Below, piece after piece: positions 39,641-48,963 of a stretch of DNA of 64,000 nt (position 1 is its first letter; every line of letters starts with the position of its first letter). Where the stretch lies: IMG/VR virus record IMGVR_UViG_3300028864_000014, positions 62,001-126,000 of that record; one strand, written 5' to 3'. A program made the position numbers and the translations under genes. Under the pieces are notes generated by a model that worked only from the letters and a program-made list of their open reading frames with translations, made no database searches and was not told the DNA's origin.

Positions 39641-40906
39641 ATGATAAATAATACTAATATAATATCAAATAGTAAAACCGATTTACTTAATGCATTAAAT
39701 ATGTCATCAGGTACAACCTTGAGTTATAATTCATCAATAGAAAATATTATAAATACGCAAGGAGGTACTATTTTATATTCATATGATAATATTATTATTG
39801 CTTCTGAAATTACAGAATCTTTTTATAATGAATTAAGCAAAAATCCTTATATTGAATATATTGATTCATTGCCTCTAAAAAAATATGGAGATATAAATTA
39901 TGATCTTATAAATCAAATTCAAACAAATACAGGAGGTACTTCAAATTTGAGTTCTATTCCTGCATCAAATTCAGGATCAACTCTTAATGGTCCAGGTAGT
40001 CAATACACTAACATATTCACAACTGGAATAAATGTAACAGGATTCACAAATGATATAACAAATTCAATAAATACTTTAAATACACTTACTACCACACTTC
40101 AAGATGGAGTATCAGGTAAGACTACTTTATCGAATAGTGGTGATATTCATCCAACTATAACAAATGAAATTTTTTCATTAAGTGCTGAAACAAATAGTTC
40201 ATTTAACTACATTATAACGGCAACAGGAACATTTCCTATTAAATATGAAATAATACCACCAAGTAATTATACTGGTACAATAGGAATTAATTTAAATAAA
40301 ATAAGTGGTGTCACATCTATGAATGGAGTATATAATTTTACATATAGTGCAATAAATTATTACGGATCAGCATCAAAAGATTTAGTTCTAACTGTTGTCG
40401 AGTATGTTAAAATAACTAACACAAATCTTATAATTAATAGTAGTTTTGGATCAAATATTACATACCAAATATTATCAAATGGTAATCCAATTTCATATGA
40501 TGCAAAATCTTTACCTGATGGATTAAGTATAAATCATTCAACTGGAGTAATTAGTGGAATTTGTAATTCTACTGGTAGTACAATTTCTGATATATCTGCA
40601 TCAGGATTAACAGGGAGTGATTCTAAACCATTATCTATTAATTCTGGATATTATCCTATCATTTCTAGTTCTGGCTCAGTTTCAGGTAGTCCATACACAC
40701 AATTTAGTTATGTTATATTATCAAATGATAGTAAATCTACATATAAAATCATAGGAAATTTACCATCAGGATTAAATTTTAGTAATAATACTATAAGTGG
40801 AACACCTAATTCTCCTGGAATAACAAATGTTTCAATTAAAGCGATTAACTCATTTGGAGAATCTACTAAAAATTTGACAATTACAATTTCAAATATTGTT
40901 ATATAA
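39641..40906 (+). CDS. putative Ig-domain (He_PIG-like) repeat protein
   Basis: YDAKSLPDGLSINHSTGVISG and GNLPSGLNFSNNTISGTP; N-terminal module shared with 40923..41171. Confidence 0.75.
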   Translation: MINNTNIISNSKTDLLNALNMSSGTTLSYNSSIENIINTQGGTILYSYDNIIIASEITESFYNELSKNPYIEYIDSLPLKKYGDINYDLINQIQTNTGGTSNLSSIPASNSGSTLNGPGSQYTNIFTTGINVTGFTNDITNSINTLNTLTTTLQDGVSGKTTLSNSGDIHPTITNEIFSLSAETNSSFNYIITATGTFPIKYEIIPPSNYTGTIGINLNKISGVTSMNGVYNFTYSAINYYGSASKDLVLTVVEYVKITNTNLIINSSFGSNITYQILSNGNPISYDAKSLPDGLSINHSTGVISGICNSTGSTISDISASGLTGSDSKPLSINSGYYPIISSSGSVSGSPYTQFSYVILSNDSKSTYKIIGNLPSGLNFSNNTISGTPNSPGITNVSIKAINSFGESTKNLTITISNIVI

Positions 40907-40922
40907 AATAATAAAATAATAA

Positions 40923-41171
40923 ATGGCAACATCGACTCAAAGTTCTCTATTCCAAGGATTAACATATAATGATGATATAACAAATGAAATAATATCAAGT
41001 GGAGGAACTATTGTTTTCACTAAGGATAATGTAATAATGGCATCTGAAATATCAGAAGCTGAATATAGATCATTATTAAGTAATCCAAATATATACAAAT
41101 TAGATGTATTACCATTAAAAAGATATGGAAATCAAGGAATTACTTCTACTGAAATAACAACAACACCATAA
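40923..41171 (+). CDS. stand-alone copy of the N-terminal module of 39641..40906
   Basis: GGTIVFTKDNVIMASEISE...LPLKRYG versus GGTILYSYDNIIIASEITE...LPLKKYG. Confidence 0.75.
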   Translation: MATSTQSSLFQGLTYNDDITNEIISSGGTIVFTKDNVIMASEISEAEYRSLLSNPNIYKLDVLPLKRYGNQGITSTEITTTP

Positions 41172-41193
41172 AACATAAAACATAAAATATAAA

Positions 41194-41583
41194 ATGAACT
41201 ATTTAAAAACATTTGAAAAATATGATAACTCTGATATTGATGATATTTTAAATCAGATTTCAAAATTCATAAAATCTAATTTGCGAAATCTATGGATATC
41301 TAATGATGAAATAAAAATATATATTAGAAAATCTAAAAGAAATTTTAAAGGTAATATGTATGATTTTTTTGATTTTGCTAGTATAGATGTAACTGAACCA
41401 AATAGTGGATTGTTCACAAAAATACTTAAAAAATTTGAAGAAGAATACCCAGATAAAAAAATATTTATTGAATCTGTATTAACTGAAAGATTTGCAGATT
41501 ATATTAAAAATGTTTTAAAATTTGAAGAAGAAACTCCAAATTATAGCAACAATTTTTATAAAATAAAAAGTAATATAATATAA
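41194..41583 (+). CDS. CTS-like protein with possible GNAT-like fold
   Basis: Starts MNYLKTFEK; FASIDVTEPNSGLFTKIL...IFIESV resembles GNAT motif A/B. Confidence 0.45.
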   Translation: MNYLKTFEKYDNSDIDDILNQISKFIKSNLRNLWISNDEIKIYIRKSKRNFKGNMYDFFDFASIDVTEPNSGLFTKILKKFEEEYPDKKIFIESVLTERFADYIKNVLKFEEETPNYSNNFYKIKSNII

Positions 41584-42230
41584 TGAGAATAAGTTCGCAA
41601 AACAATCAGGTACTTTTTCAATTACCAACAGATATTATATCTAAGGATGTTAATGATAGAATGAGTAAATATTTATATAAAAATTGGATACCATATTTAG
41701 ATCCAATATCATACCTTAACTCTACAATAAAAGAAGTTGTCTTTCCAAGTATTACATATGAAGGTTCTGAACAAACACTTAAATTTGGAAAGAAATTTGA
41801 GCACAAACCATCAACTAATGTTTATGATACTTATAATAGTACATTAGATATTACATTTAGAAGTGTAGATTCTCATTCTAATTATTTTATGATGCAACAG
41901 ATATTCAATGAATATTATAATAATACTAGAAAATATTATTTGCCACATATTAATTTATTTATTTTAGATAAAGATGGTGATTTTTTATATTCAGTAGTAT
42001 TCAGATCAGCATTATTTAAATCATTATCAGAGGTTAGATTTATGTATCAATCAATGGATGTGTCTGAGCAAACTTTTACTGTACAATTCAAATTTAATTT
42101 TATGGATGTTTATTGGGATATAAGTGAAACTCCTGATTATAAGCAAGATAATATATTTTCTTCTGAAACTTGGGATCACACCAAAGAAATATTGCCAATG
42201 ACTAGACCCCAGAATAATTATAATTTATAA
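41583..42230 (+). CDS. T4 gp3/gp19-like tail tube-fold protein
   Basis: KEVVFPSI, LDITF..VD..NY, LFILD, FKSLSEVRF and FTVQFKF occur in gp3/gp19 order. Confidence 0.65.
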   Translation: MRISSQNNQVLFQLPTDIISKDVNDRMSKYLYKNWIPYLDPISYLNSTIKEVVFPSITYEGSEQTLKFGKKFEHKPSTNVYDTYNSTLDITFRSVDSHSNYFMMQQIFNEYYNNTRKYYLPHINLFILDKDGDFLYSVVFRSALFKSLSEVRFMYQSMDVSEQTFTVQFKFNFMDVYWDISETPDYKQDNIFSSETWDHTKEILPMTRPQNNYNL

Positions 42231-42283
42231 TAAATAAAACTTTTTATCTCATATGGTATATAATCTATCATAACAGTTATATT

Positions 42284-42508
42284 ATGGTATATAAGAATTA
42301 CGGTAATTGGAATTTAGAAAATTCAATAGAGATTGATGATTTAGCTTATAAATTATATCTTATTGAGTTTGATAAAAAATATTTAAAAGGAAGTCCATAT
42401 TTAGATCAAAAAACTTTTCGTATGTATTATGTAAATGAAGATAAATATTACAAAAATGCAAAAAGAAAAATTAGACTTAAAAAAATAAAACAATTAGAAA
42501 AAAAATAA
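42284..42508 (+). CDS. small RxxKL-type protein, paralog of 56618..56881
   Basis: GNWNLENSIEIDDLAY; ends RKIRLKKIKQLEKK. Confidence 0.7.
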   Translation: MVYKNYGNWNLENSIEIDDLAYKLYLIEFDKKYLKGSPYLDQKTFRMYYVNEDKYYKNAKRKIRLKKIKQLEKK

Positions 42509-42581
42509 ACTTTCTAATATTTATAATATACAATAAAAACAAACAAACAAATAAATTATTAACTTTTTAAAAAAAAATAAA

Positions 42582-43736
42582 ATGAATACAGAATTAATAG
42601 TAGGTGTAAATATTGGTAGTTTACCTGATCCATTTCCAGAATTGAATAATAATAAAATTCGAAAAATAAAGAGTACTGGAGACTTGAATCAAGAATATCG
42701 AGATATGTACGAACAAATGGAGAAATCTTTATCAGGAATTAAAGAGGTTAAAGAAAATCAAGTTGTTACAGGTACAATATCATCAATTAATCAAAAAGAA
42801 ATCTTAATTGATTTTGGATTTAAAGATTTTATCTATGTAGAAAAACCTAAATTGAATACAGTTGTAACTGAATTACTAGTTGGTGATTCAATTGATGTTT
42901 TAATTACATCAGTTTCAGATAAACCATATTTAATCAAAGGCTCAATTACAGAACTCATCAAACAAAATGTTCATAATAAAATGAAAGAATATTATGAACA
43001 AAGATTACCACTTATTTCTGAAGTTAAATCAATGATACCAGCAGGTTATATGATGGACATTCTTATGGATAATGTTAGAGTTGAAGCATTTATGCCTAAT
43101 ACATTAGCAGATGTTAATAAATTATCTGATTCAGAATCTATATTGGGTGTAACATTTGAAGTAATGTTAGAAACATTACAACAAGAAAAAGGTGTTTATG
43201 TAGTATCAAGAAAGAAATATTTACAATCATTAATTCCAGATGAAGTAAGAAAATTGAAGCATGATATTACCTATGAAGGTGTTATCACAGGTACAACTCC
43301 ATTTGGTGTTTTCGTTCAATTTAAAGCCACTGAAAATGGTCCTAATTGTTTAACTGGAATGGTACATAAAGCTAATATTGGTGAAAAATGGCAAGAAAAA
43401 TGGAATGAAATATTACCTGGTATGACAATTGAATTCTATGTTAAGGAAGTTATCAAAAATAATAAAATTATTCTTACTCAAATTTTAAAAGAATCTATGT
43501 GGGATAGCATTAAAGTTGGTAAAGTATTAACAGGAAAAATCAGAGACATTAAAAACTTTGGTGCTCTTATTACTTTGGATGATGAAACAACTGGACTAAT
43601 TCAAACTGCATATATTAACAGAAATGAGAAAAAATATAATGTTGGAGATGAAGTCAAAGTGAAAGTAATCTCATTAATTAAAGATGATAGAAAAATTTAT
43701 CTAAACTTTGCTGATGTGAAGACAAAATTAGATTAA
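42582..43736 (+). CDS. rpsA: ribosomal protein S1-like protein (about four S1 domains)
   Basis: VTGTISSI...IDFG; VKSMIPAGY; GVITGTTPFGVFV...GMVH; GKIRDIKNFGALI...GLI...VKVKVI. Confidence 0.8.
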   Translation: MNTELIVGVNIGSLPDPFPELNNNKIRKIKSTGDLNQEYRDMYEQMEKSLSGIKEVKENQVVTGTISSINQKEILIDFGFKDFIYVEKPKLNTVVTELLVGDSIDVLITSVSDKPYLIKGSITELIKQNVHNKMKEYYEQRLPLISEVKSMIPAGYMMDILMDNVRVEAFMPNTLADVNKLSDSESILGVTFEVMLETLQQEKGVYVVSRKKYLQSLIPDEVRKLKHDITYEGVITGTTPFGVFVQFKATENGPNCLTGMVHKANIGEKWQEKWNEILPGMTIEFYVKEVIKNNKIILTQILKESMWDSIKVGKVLTGKIRDIKNFGALITLDDETTGLIQTAYINRNEKKYNVGDEVKVKVISLIKDDRKIYLNFADVKTKLD

Positions 43737-43753
43737 TATCACAATACATTAAT

Positions 43754-43785
43754 AAAAAAAGAGAATCAAATGATTCTCTTTTTTT
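43754..43785. terminator. bidirectional intrinsic terminator
   Basis: AAAAAAAGAGAATCA-AA-TGATTCTCTTTTTTT. Confidence 0.85.
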
Positions 43786-43792
43786 ATTATAA

Positions 43793-44302
43793 TTATTTTT
43801 CAAGAACATAAGTTTTTATTTCCTCTTTAAATTTATCATTCCATTTTTTTAAATATTCATCATATAAATTTTTATATGGTTGTAAAGTTTTGATATAAGG
43901 AAAATTTTTTCTCATATCTCTCAATAGTTTTGTTGATGCCTCAAAATTTGAAGGTTTCAGTGCTGCAATTAAAGCTGATCTTAACTCATCAATTGATATA
44001 TAATCTTTTTCTACTGTATAATCAACATTTTCAAATGTTCCTTCTGGTTTATATAAATCTAAATCTACTTTAAATTTATTATACCATTTTTTCAAAAATG
44101 CCATATAAATTTCTTTGTATGGAGATTCTGTTTTAATATAAGGATGATCATTTTTAATACTTCTAAGAAGTTTTACTGATGCCTCAAAATTATTAATCTG
44201 AAATATAGAATCTAACTGTTCTTCTAATTCTTCTGTTGATAAATATTCTTTTTGAATTATATTATCAGCATTATTCTCATTGAATGTTTTTAATTTTCTC
44301 AT
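43793..44302 (-). CDS. CTS-like protein with two copies of a helical repeat
   Basis: Starts MRKLKTFNE; EASxKLLR...PYIKT..PYK..Y..(F/Y)LKKW..KFK occurs twice. Confidence 0.75.
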   Translation of the reverse strand: MRKLKTFNENNADNIIQKEYLSTEELEEQLDSIFQINNFEASVKLLRSIKNDHPYIKTESPYKEIYMAFLKKWYNKFKVDLDLYKPEGTFENVDYTVEKDYISIDELRSALIAALKPSNFEASTKLLRDMRKNFPYIKTLQPYKNLYDEYLKKWNDKFKEEIKTYVLEK

Positions 44303-44406
44303 GTTTTTTATAATATATATATAATATCACATAATAATGTGCTATCATTTATATATTTTATATGTTAATTAACACATTTTATATTTTTATTATTATTTTA
44401 TTGTAT

Positions 44407-44446
44407 AAAAAAACCCTTGAAATGTATTTCAAGGGTTTTCTTTTTT
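44407..44446 (-). terminator. intrinsic terminator
   Basis: AACCCTTGAAAT-GT-ATTTCAAGGGTT with an A-run on the left (U-tract on the minus strand). Confidence 0.75.
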
Positions 44447-44705
44447 AATGTTCATATGAATTTATATCTTCTATAAATTTATCATGCCATTTATTTGTAT
44501 ATTCATTCCATAATTCTGAATATGGAGATTCAGTTTTTACATAAGGATATTCTTCTTTAATTCTTCTCAGAATATTCAAAGATTCTTCAAAATTGTTTGT
44601 TTGTATCACAGAGTCCAATTCGTCTCTTAGTTCTTCAATTGATACATATTCTTTTTGTAATATATCATCAGAAATGTTTTCATTAAATGTTTTTAATTTT
44701 CTCAT
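44445..44705 (-). CDS. CTS-like protein, single-repeat paralog of 43793..44302
   Basis: MRKLKTFNENISDDILQKEY...PYVKTESPY...KWHDKF; TTTATATATAC at 44730-44720. Confidence 0.75.
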   Translation of the reverse strand: MRKLKTFNENISDDILQKEYVSIEELRDELDSVIQTNNFEESLNILRRIKEEYPYVKTESPYSELWNEYTNKWHDKFIEDINSYEH

Positions 44706-44730
44706 TATTGTTTTTTTTTGTATATATAAA

Positions 44731-45243
44731 TTATTCTGAATCTTTTATAAATTGAGAATAAGTTAAATCTAAAATTACTTCTCTATCAAAAACGTTAACT
44801 GATACTTTAGATTTTTGCTTAGAATTATCCAATGTCTTAATGATTCCTTTGAACGTACTAAAAGGTCCATCTATTATTTTAACTTTTTCTTTGATATAAT
44901 ACATATCACCATTAACAAAAACTTCTTCTGTTGTCTTTTTTTCAAGTAATCTATCAACTTCAGATTGTCTCAAAGGTTTTTTTAATACTCCTTGAACTCC
45001 ACTAATATATTTAATATATCCTTCAACATTATCTATTGATTCACATTCAATAAAAATATAGCCAGGAATATTTATTTTTTCAATGTTAATTTTTTTGCCA
45101 TTCCTTAATTGCTGTGTTTTTACTGATGGTACTAAAATATTAGAAATTATATTTTCAATAGGATTAACTTTCAATTCAGTTTCTATTAATTCTTTGACTT
45201 TTTTCTCTTTGCCATTAGCAACTTTTATTACATAGTATTTCAT
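44731..45243 (-). CDS. nusG: transcription termination/antitermination factor NusG
   Basis: NGN domain (YYVIKVANGKEKKV...PGYIFIE) and KOW domain (VKIIDGPFSTFKG...VSVNVFDRE). Confidence 0.9.
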   Translation of the reverse strand: MKYYVIKVANGKEKKVKELIETELKVNPIENIISNILVPSVKTQQLRNGKKINIEKINIPGYIFIECESIDNVEGYIKYISGVQGVLKKPLRQSEVDRLLEKKTTEEVFVNGDMYYIKEKVKIIDGPFSTFKGIIKTLDNSKQKSKVSVNVFDREVILDLTYSQFIKDSE

Positions 45244-45300
45244 TTTTTAAAATTATTTTTATAATTAGTATATTAACATTTAATTAAAAAGTTCAAATAA

Positions 45301-45334
45301 AAATTCCTTATATTTTTATATAAGGAATTTTTTA
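45301..45334 (-). terminator. intrinsic terminator-like hairpin
   Basis: AAAATTCCTTATAT-TTTT-ATATAAGGAATTTT at the 3' end of 45332..45802. Confidence 0.65.
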
Positions 45335-45802
45335 AAATCTTCTAATAATAGTTTTTCTTTTTTGAGGTTCTATTGCAGGTTGTGAATAAGGTTCAAAAGA
45401 TTTATTGTCATTATATTCATCAGGAAAAAATTTATCATTGTCTGTATTATGATGTCTTTTTTTAGGCTCAAAGAAAGAATCATTACTCTCTCCTTTTTCT
45501 TCATCTCTCTTTAATCTTTGATTTATAAATTCTCTAACATAATTGTGTGCATCTTTCAAATCATCTTTCTTTTTATTTCTCAATCTTACACTTTCTCCAT
45601 CTTTATTTTTTTTGAAAATTTTACATATAAAAAAACCGCCTTTTTTCTGTATTCTTGCGAAGTAATATGGCTCAGAATTTCCTGATTTATATTTTATAAT
45701 TCCACCAAATACTGTTGGATCATATTTAGCTTTGCCACTAGTGAATAATTTATCATCTATAATATTGTCTTTCCAAGTTTCAAATGTTTTAATATTTTTC
45801 AT
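45332..45802 (-). CDS. hypothetical protein with CTS-like N-terminus
   Basis: Starts MKNIKTFET; TTTTATATATAAC at 45819-45807. Confidence 0.7.
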   Translation of the reverse strand: MKNIKTFETWKDNIIDDKLFTSGKAKYDPTVFGGIIKYKSGNSEPYYFARIQKKGGFFICKIFKKNKDGESVRLRNKKKDDLKDAHNYVREFINQRLKRDEEKGESNDSFFEPKKRHHNTDNDKFFPDEYNDNKSFEPYSQPAIEPQKRKTIIRRF

Positions 45803-45865
45803 ATGTGTTATATATAAAACTTTTTATATTATTTTTTATATATTATAAAAAATGAATAATATTCA

Positions 45866-46000
45866 ATGGGCAAAACTAGAAAAGTAAAAGTAGCGAAAGT
45901 AAAAAGAAATAATCAAAATTATTATAAAAATAGAAAAAGAATGCAATCTAATATTATAATAATTAATGAATTAAAAAAGATTAATGAATTAGAAAAATAA
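45866..46000 (+). CDS. small basic protein (44 aa)
   Basis: Hand translation MGKTRKVKVAKVKRNNQNYYKNRKRMQSN...ELEK*; below the ORF-track cutoff. Confidence 0.5.
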   Translation: MGKTRKVKVAKVKRNNQNYYKNRKRMQSNIIIINELKKINELEK

Positions 46001-46017
46001 TAAATAAAATAATTAGA

Positions 46018-46293
46018 ATGAAAAATTCTTTCTTAAAATTGAGAATAGATGATGATGAATATCAAAAATTTCAAGATGTATGTGAAAATAAAGGAAAATC
46101 TATGAGTGAAGTCATGAGATCTTTCATCAGTTCATATAACAATGGAAAAAATATTATTTTATTAGATATAGACAATGAAACATTTAATCAAAGTTTAGAA
46201 ATGTGCAAAAGTAAAAAAATTAAGCTTAATGATGTTGTAAAATATTTATTAAATAAAGCAATTAAAAATAAAGACAAAATATCATTCAAATAA
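46018..46293 (+). CDS. tandem ribbon-helix-helix DNA-binding protein
   Basis: LKLRIDDDEYQKFQDVC...SMSEVMRSFI, followed by a second RHH-like unit. Confidence 0.7.
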   Translation: MKNSFLKLRIDDDEYQKFQDVCENKGKSMSEVMRSFISSYNNGKNIILLDIDNETFNQSLEMCKSKKIKLNDVVKYLLNKAIKNKDKISFK

Positions 46294-46381
46294 ATCTGAA
46301 TAATATAAAAAAAATCATGAAAAATTTTATTTTTTCAAGATTTTTTTGTATCTTTGCATTTGAAATAAATTAAAAAATATT

Positions 46382-46416
46382 AAAAAAAGAGTTCTGTTTT
46401 CACAGAACTCTTTTTT
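46382..46416. terminator. bidirectional intrinsic terminator
   Basis: AAAAAAGAGTTCTGT-TTTC-ACAGAACTCTTTTTT. Confidence 0.85.
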
Positions 46417-46621
46417 ATACCCATTCTTCTTCTTCAAGAAGTTCTGGCTCATATCTTAATCCAAGTTCAAATATTTTTTCATAAATCTCATTTTTACTTT
46501 TTGCTTCAAAAATCTCATTTACTGTTTCAAAATCTCCTTCAATTTGTTTTAGTAATAAAACATCTTTGGTTTCATAATCCCAAACCAATTTCCATACATT
46601 GTTCTTTTCAATTTTTTTCAT
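46415..46621 (-). CDS. hypothetical protein
   Basis: 68 aa ORF ending at the terminator. Confidence 0.6.
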   Translation of the reverse strand: MKKIEKNNVWKLVWDYETKDVLLLKQIEGDFETVNEIFEAKSKNEIYEKIFELGLRYEPELLEEEEWV

Positions 46622-46845
46622 AGAGAATTAATTTTTTTTATTGTAAATTAAGTTGAATATTATTCAACTTTTTAAAAAATTTTGATATATAATTATAGTA
46701 TTTCTTACCCAAGTATATATTAATTAACATCTTTCAGATATTTCTATTTTTTATAAGTAACTTATTATCATATACTTATAAGTATCTGATTATTAGATAT
46801 TAAAAAAATAATTAGAAATAATTAAAAACAATTAAATATAAATAA

Positions 46846-47436
46846 ATGGCAAAACTCTATTTTAGATATTCCACAATGAATGCAGGAAAAAGTATAGATT
46901 TAATAAAAACAAACTTTAATTATACTGAGAATGGAAAAAAAACAATGTGTTTCACATCTAGTAAGGATGTTAGATATGGTTTAGGTAAAATAACATCAAG
47001 AATAGGATTATCAATTGATGCTATACCAGTTAATGATGATACAAATATTTATGATATAGTTGAAAAAGAATTAGATATATCTTGTGTTTTTGTAGATGAA
47101 GTTCAGTTCTTAACTAAGAATCACATTTTTCAATTGACAAATATAGTGGATGAATTAGATATTCCTGTGATTTGTTACGGATTGAGATCGTCCTATCTTC
47201 TTCAACCTTTTGAAAGTTCGAAATATTTAATGTCACTATCAGATTCAATTGAAGAGATTAAAACTATTTGTAGTCATTGTAAAACTAAAAAAGCAATAAT
47301 CAATGCTAAAATAACTGATAATAAAATAATTACAGAAGGTGAAGAAATTATAATAGGAGGTAACGATAGTTACAAACCTTTATGTAGAAAATGTTATAAA
47401 AAATTATTAAAAGAACAGAAATGGAAAAAAATTTAA
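46846..47436 (+). CDS. tdk: thymidine kinase (type II)
   Basis: YSTMNAGKS, VFVDEVQFL, CYGLRS, CSHC and YKPLCRKC. Confidence 0.95.
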   Translation: MAKLYFRYSTMNAGKSIDLIKTNFNYTENGKKTMCFTSSKDVRYGLGKITSRIGLSIDAIPVNDDTNIYDIVEKELDISCVFVDEVQFLTKNHIFQLTNIVDELDIPVICYGLRSSYLLQPFESSKYLMSLSDSIEEIKTICSHCKTKKAIINAKITDNKIITEGEEIIIGGNDSYKPLCRKCYKKLLKEQKWKKI

Positions 47437-47624
47437 AAGAAAAAATAGAAGAAGGATATAAAAGACTTTGTATAGTAAATGTGATTTGGTCATTAATATT
47501 ATTTCCTTTTGTTTTTTTATTCAGTGAAAATAATATACCAATATTTACAATTTTGTGGATGATTTGGGTTCTTATAGGATTATATTTATCACCTAAAATA
47601 ACTAAGAGAATATGGCGAAAGTAG
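47421..47624 (+). CDS. small two-TM membrane protein
   Basis: Two hydrophobic stretches. Confidence 0.6.
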   Translation: MEKNLKEKIEEGYKRLCIVNVIWSLILFPFVFLFSENNIPIFTILWMIWVLIGLYLSPKITKRIWRK

Positions 47625-48022
47625 ATTTTATAACACTTGCTAATATTATATTTAAAGATAAAGAAAAATATAAATTTGTAACTGATGATGAGAAAAAAGA
47701 TGCATTTTTTGTTCTCAATAGAAAGTTTGCATATAAAGATTTAAGAAAAGCTCAATTCTTTAATAATAAAAATATTAATAAATCATCTTCATTAGACATT
47801 TGGAATCAGTTTTTTTATGGATCAACTAATGGAACACCTGATTGGTGGTGGAAAACAAAAAATCCTTCAAAAAACAAAATAAAATCAGAATTTAGTAATA
47901 ATGATATTACATTAATTAAAGATTATTATGAAATTAAAAATAATGATATTCAATTCTTAATTAAATATTATAGTCAAGATTTGAAAGATGATATTAAAAG
48001 ACTGAAGAAATTTAAAAATTAA
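47612..48022 (+). CDS. hypothetical protein, possibly T4 gp62-like clamp-loader subunit
   Basis: FFVLNRKF and LIKDYY loosely resemble gp62 motifs; the function call is weak. Confidence 0.35.
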   Translation: MAKVDFITLANIIFKDKEKYKFVTDDEKKDAFFVLNRKFAYKDLRKAQFFNNKNINKSSSLDIWNQFFYGSTNGTPDWWWKTKNPSKNKIKSEFSNNDITLIKDYYEIKNNDIQFLIKYYSQDLKDDIKRLKKFKN

Positions 48023-48023
48023 T

Positions 48024-48059
48024 AAAAAAAAGAGTAGATTTAAAATCTACTCTTTTTTT
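48024..48059. terminator. bidirectional intrinsic terminator
   Basis: AAAAAAAGAGTAGATT-TA-AATCTACTCTTTTTT between convergent genes. Confidence 0.85.
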
Positions 48060-48900
48060 AGTTTTTTTTGTTTATTTTATTAGTTATATAATTATTACCT
48101 TCAATTTTTATTTTATCCTTATTTGTTCCATTTTGTAATATTATTATATCGTATGTATATTTTTTATTGATGTTTATTTCTTTGTATAGTACCAAATAAT
48201 GAGTATTAAATGACATTGATCCATTAGAACAAATTTCAAGATTATCTTCATTATACGTCTTCGATATAAATGGTTTTACTTGAACTGTGAATGTTTGATT
48301 GTTGAAAATGAATGAACCATCTATTCCATTAAAATCCTCTTTTGCGTTTTTTGGATAATTAACTTTAATCAAATCAGTCATGTTAATGTTTGGATTTGTT
48401 ATTTTTTTTGTTTCTTCATTGATATGTTTAATTTCTTTATATTTGTCATTTATAAACATTTCAAAATTACCTCTAGCGTATATTTCTGCTCTTGATCCTT
48501 TTGTAGAGCACTCTTCAACCGTATTATAATTATGAAAAAACATTTTACCAGAATAATGATATTGATTGAATAACTCACCATATCTTAAAAACCTAATGAA
48601 TGATTCTTTGTCTCTTATATCATTAATTTTCATCATATTCTCATATGTTTTTCTATTATTTGTGAATTTATTAATATATTCTGTATGATAATAAAATCCA
48701 CCAATCTCTAATAACTTATCATCAATATCACTACTATATAATGGATTTTTATAACCATGACTTTGGTATACTCTATATACATAATTACCAACCATATTTT
48801 TTATTTTCTTGAATTCTTCAAACGGTATATTAACCTGAACACATATATTATTATCATCTTTCCAACAAAATAATATATCACTTTTATCATTTTCTATCAT
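48058..48900 (-). CDS. putative PD-(D/E)xK-type nuclease
   Basis: AE...G..E, EDFNGID and FTVQVKP motifs; TATATTTG box at 48961-48954. Confidence 0.5.
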   Translation of the reverse strand: MIENDKSDILFCWKDDNNICVQVNIPFEEFKKIKNMVGNYVYRVYQSHGYKNPLYSSDIDDKLLEIGGFYYHTEYINKFTNNRKTYENMMKINDIRDKESFIRFLRYGELFNQYHYSGKMFFHNYNTVEECSTKGSRAEIYARGNFEMFINDKYKEIKHINEETKKITNPNINMTDLIKVNYPKNAKEDFNGIDGSFIFNNQTFTVQVKPFISKTYNEDNLEICSNGSMSFNTHYLVLYKEININKKYTYDIIILQNGTNKDKIKIEGNNYITNKINKKN

Positions 48901-48963
48901 TTATTTAAAAAACCTTAATTATTGTATTTTTAACTGTTTATTTTTTACTATTACAAATATAAT

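Noticed and set aside
11931-42508. RxxKL motif being only an A-rich translation-initiation region for the next gene
   Set aside because: It also occurs where no co-oriented gene overlaps (12263 faces a terminator, 42508 is followed by a 73-nt gap, 54002 ends in a terminator), and codons vary. It may still double as a leader in the overlapped arrays.
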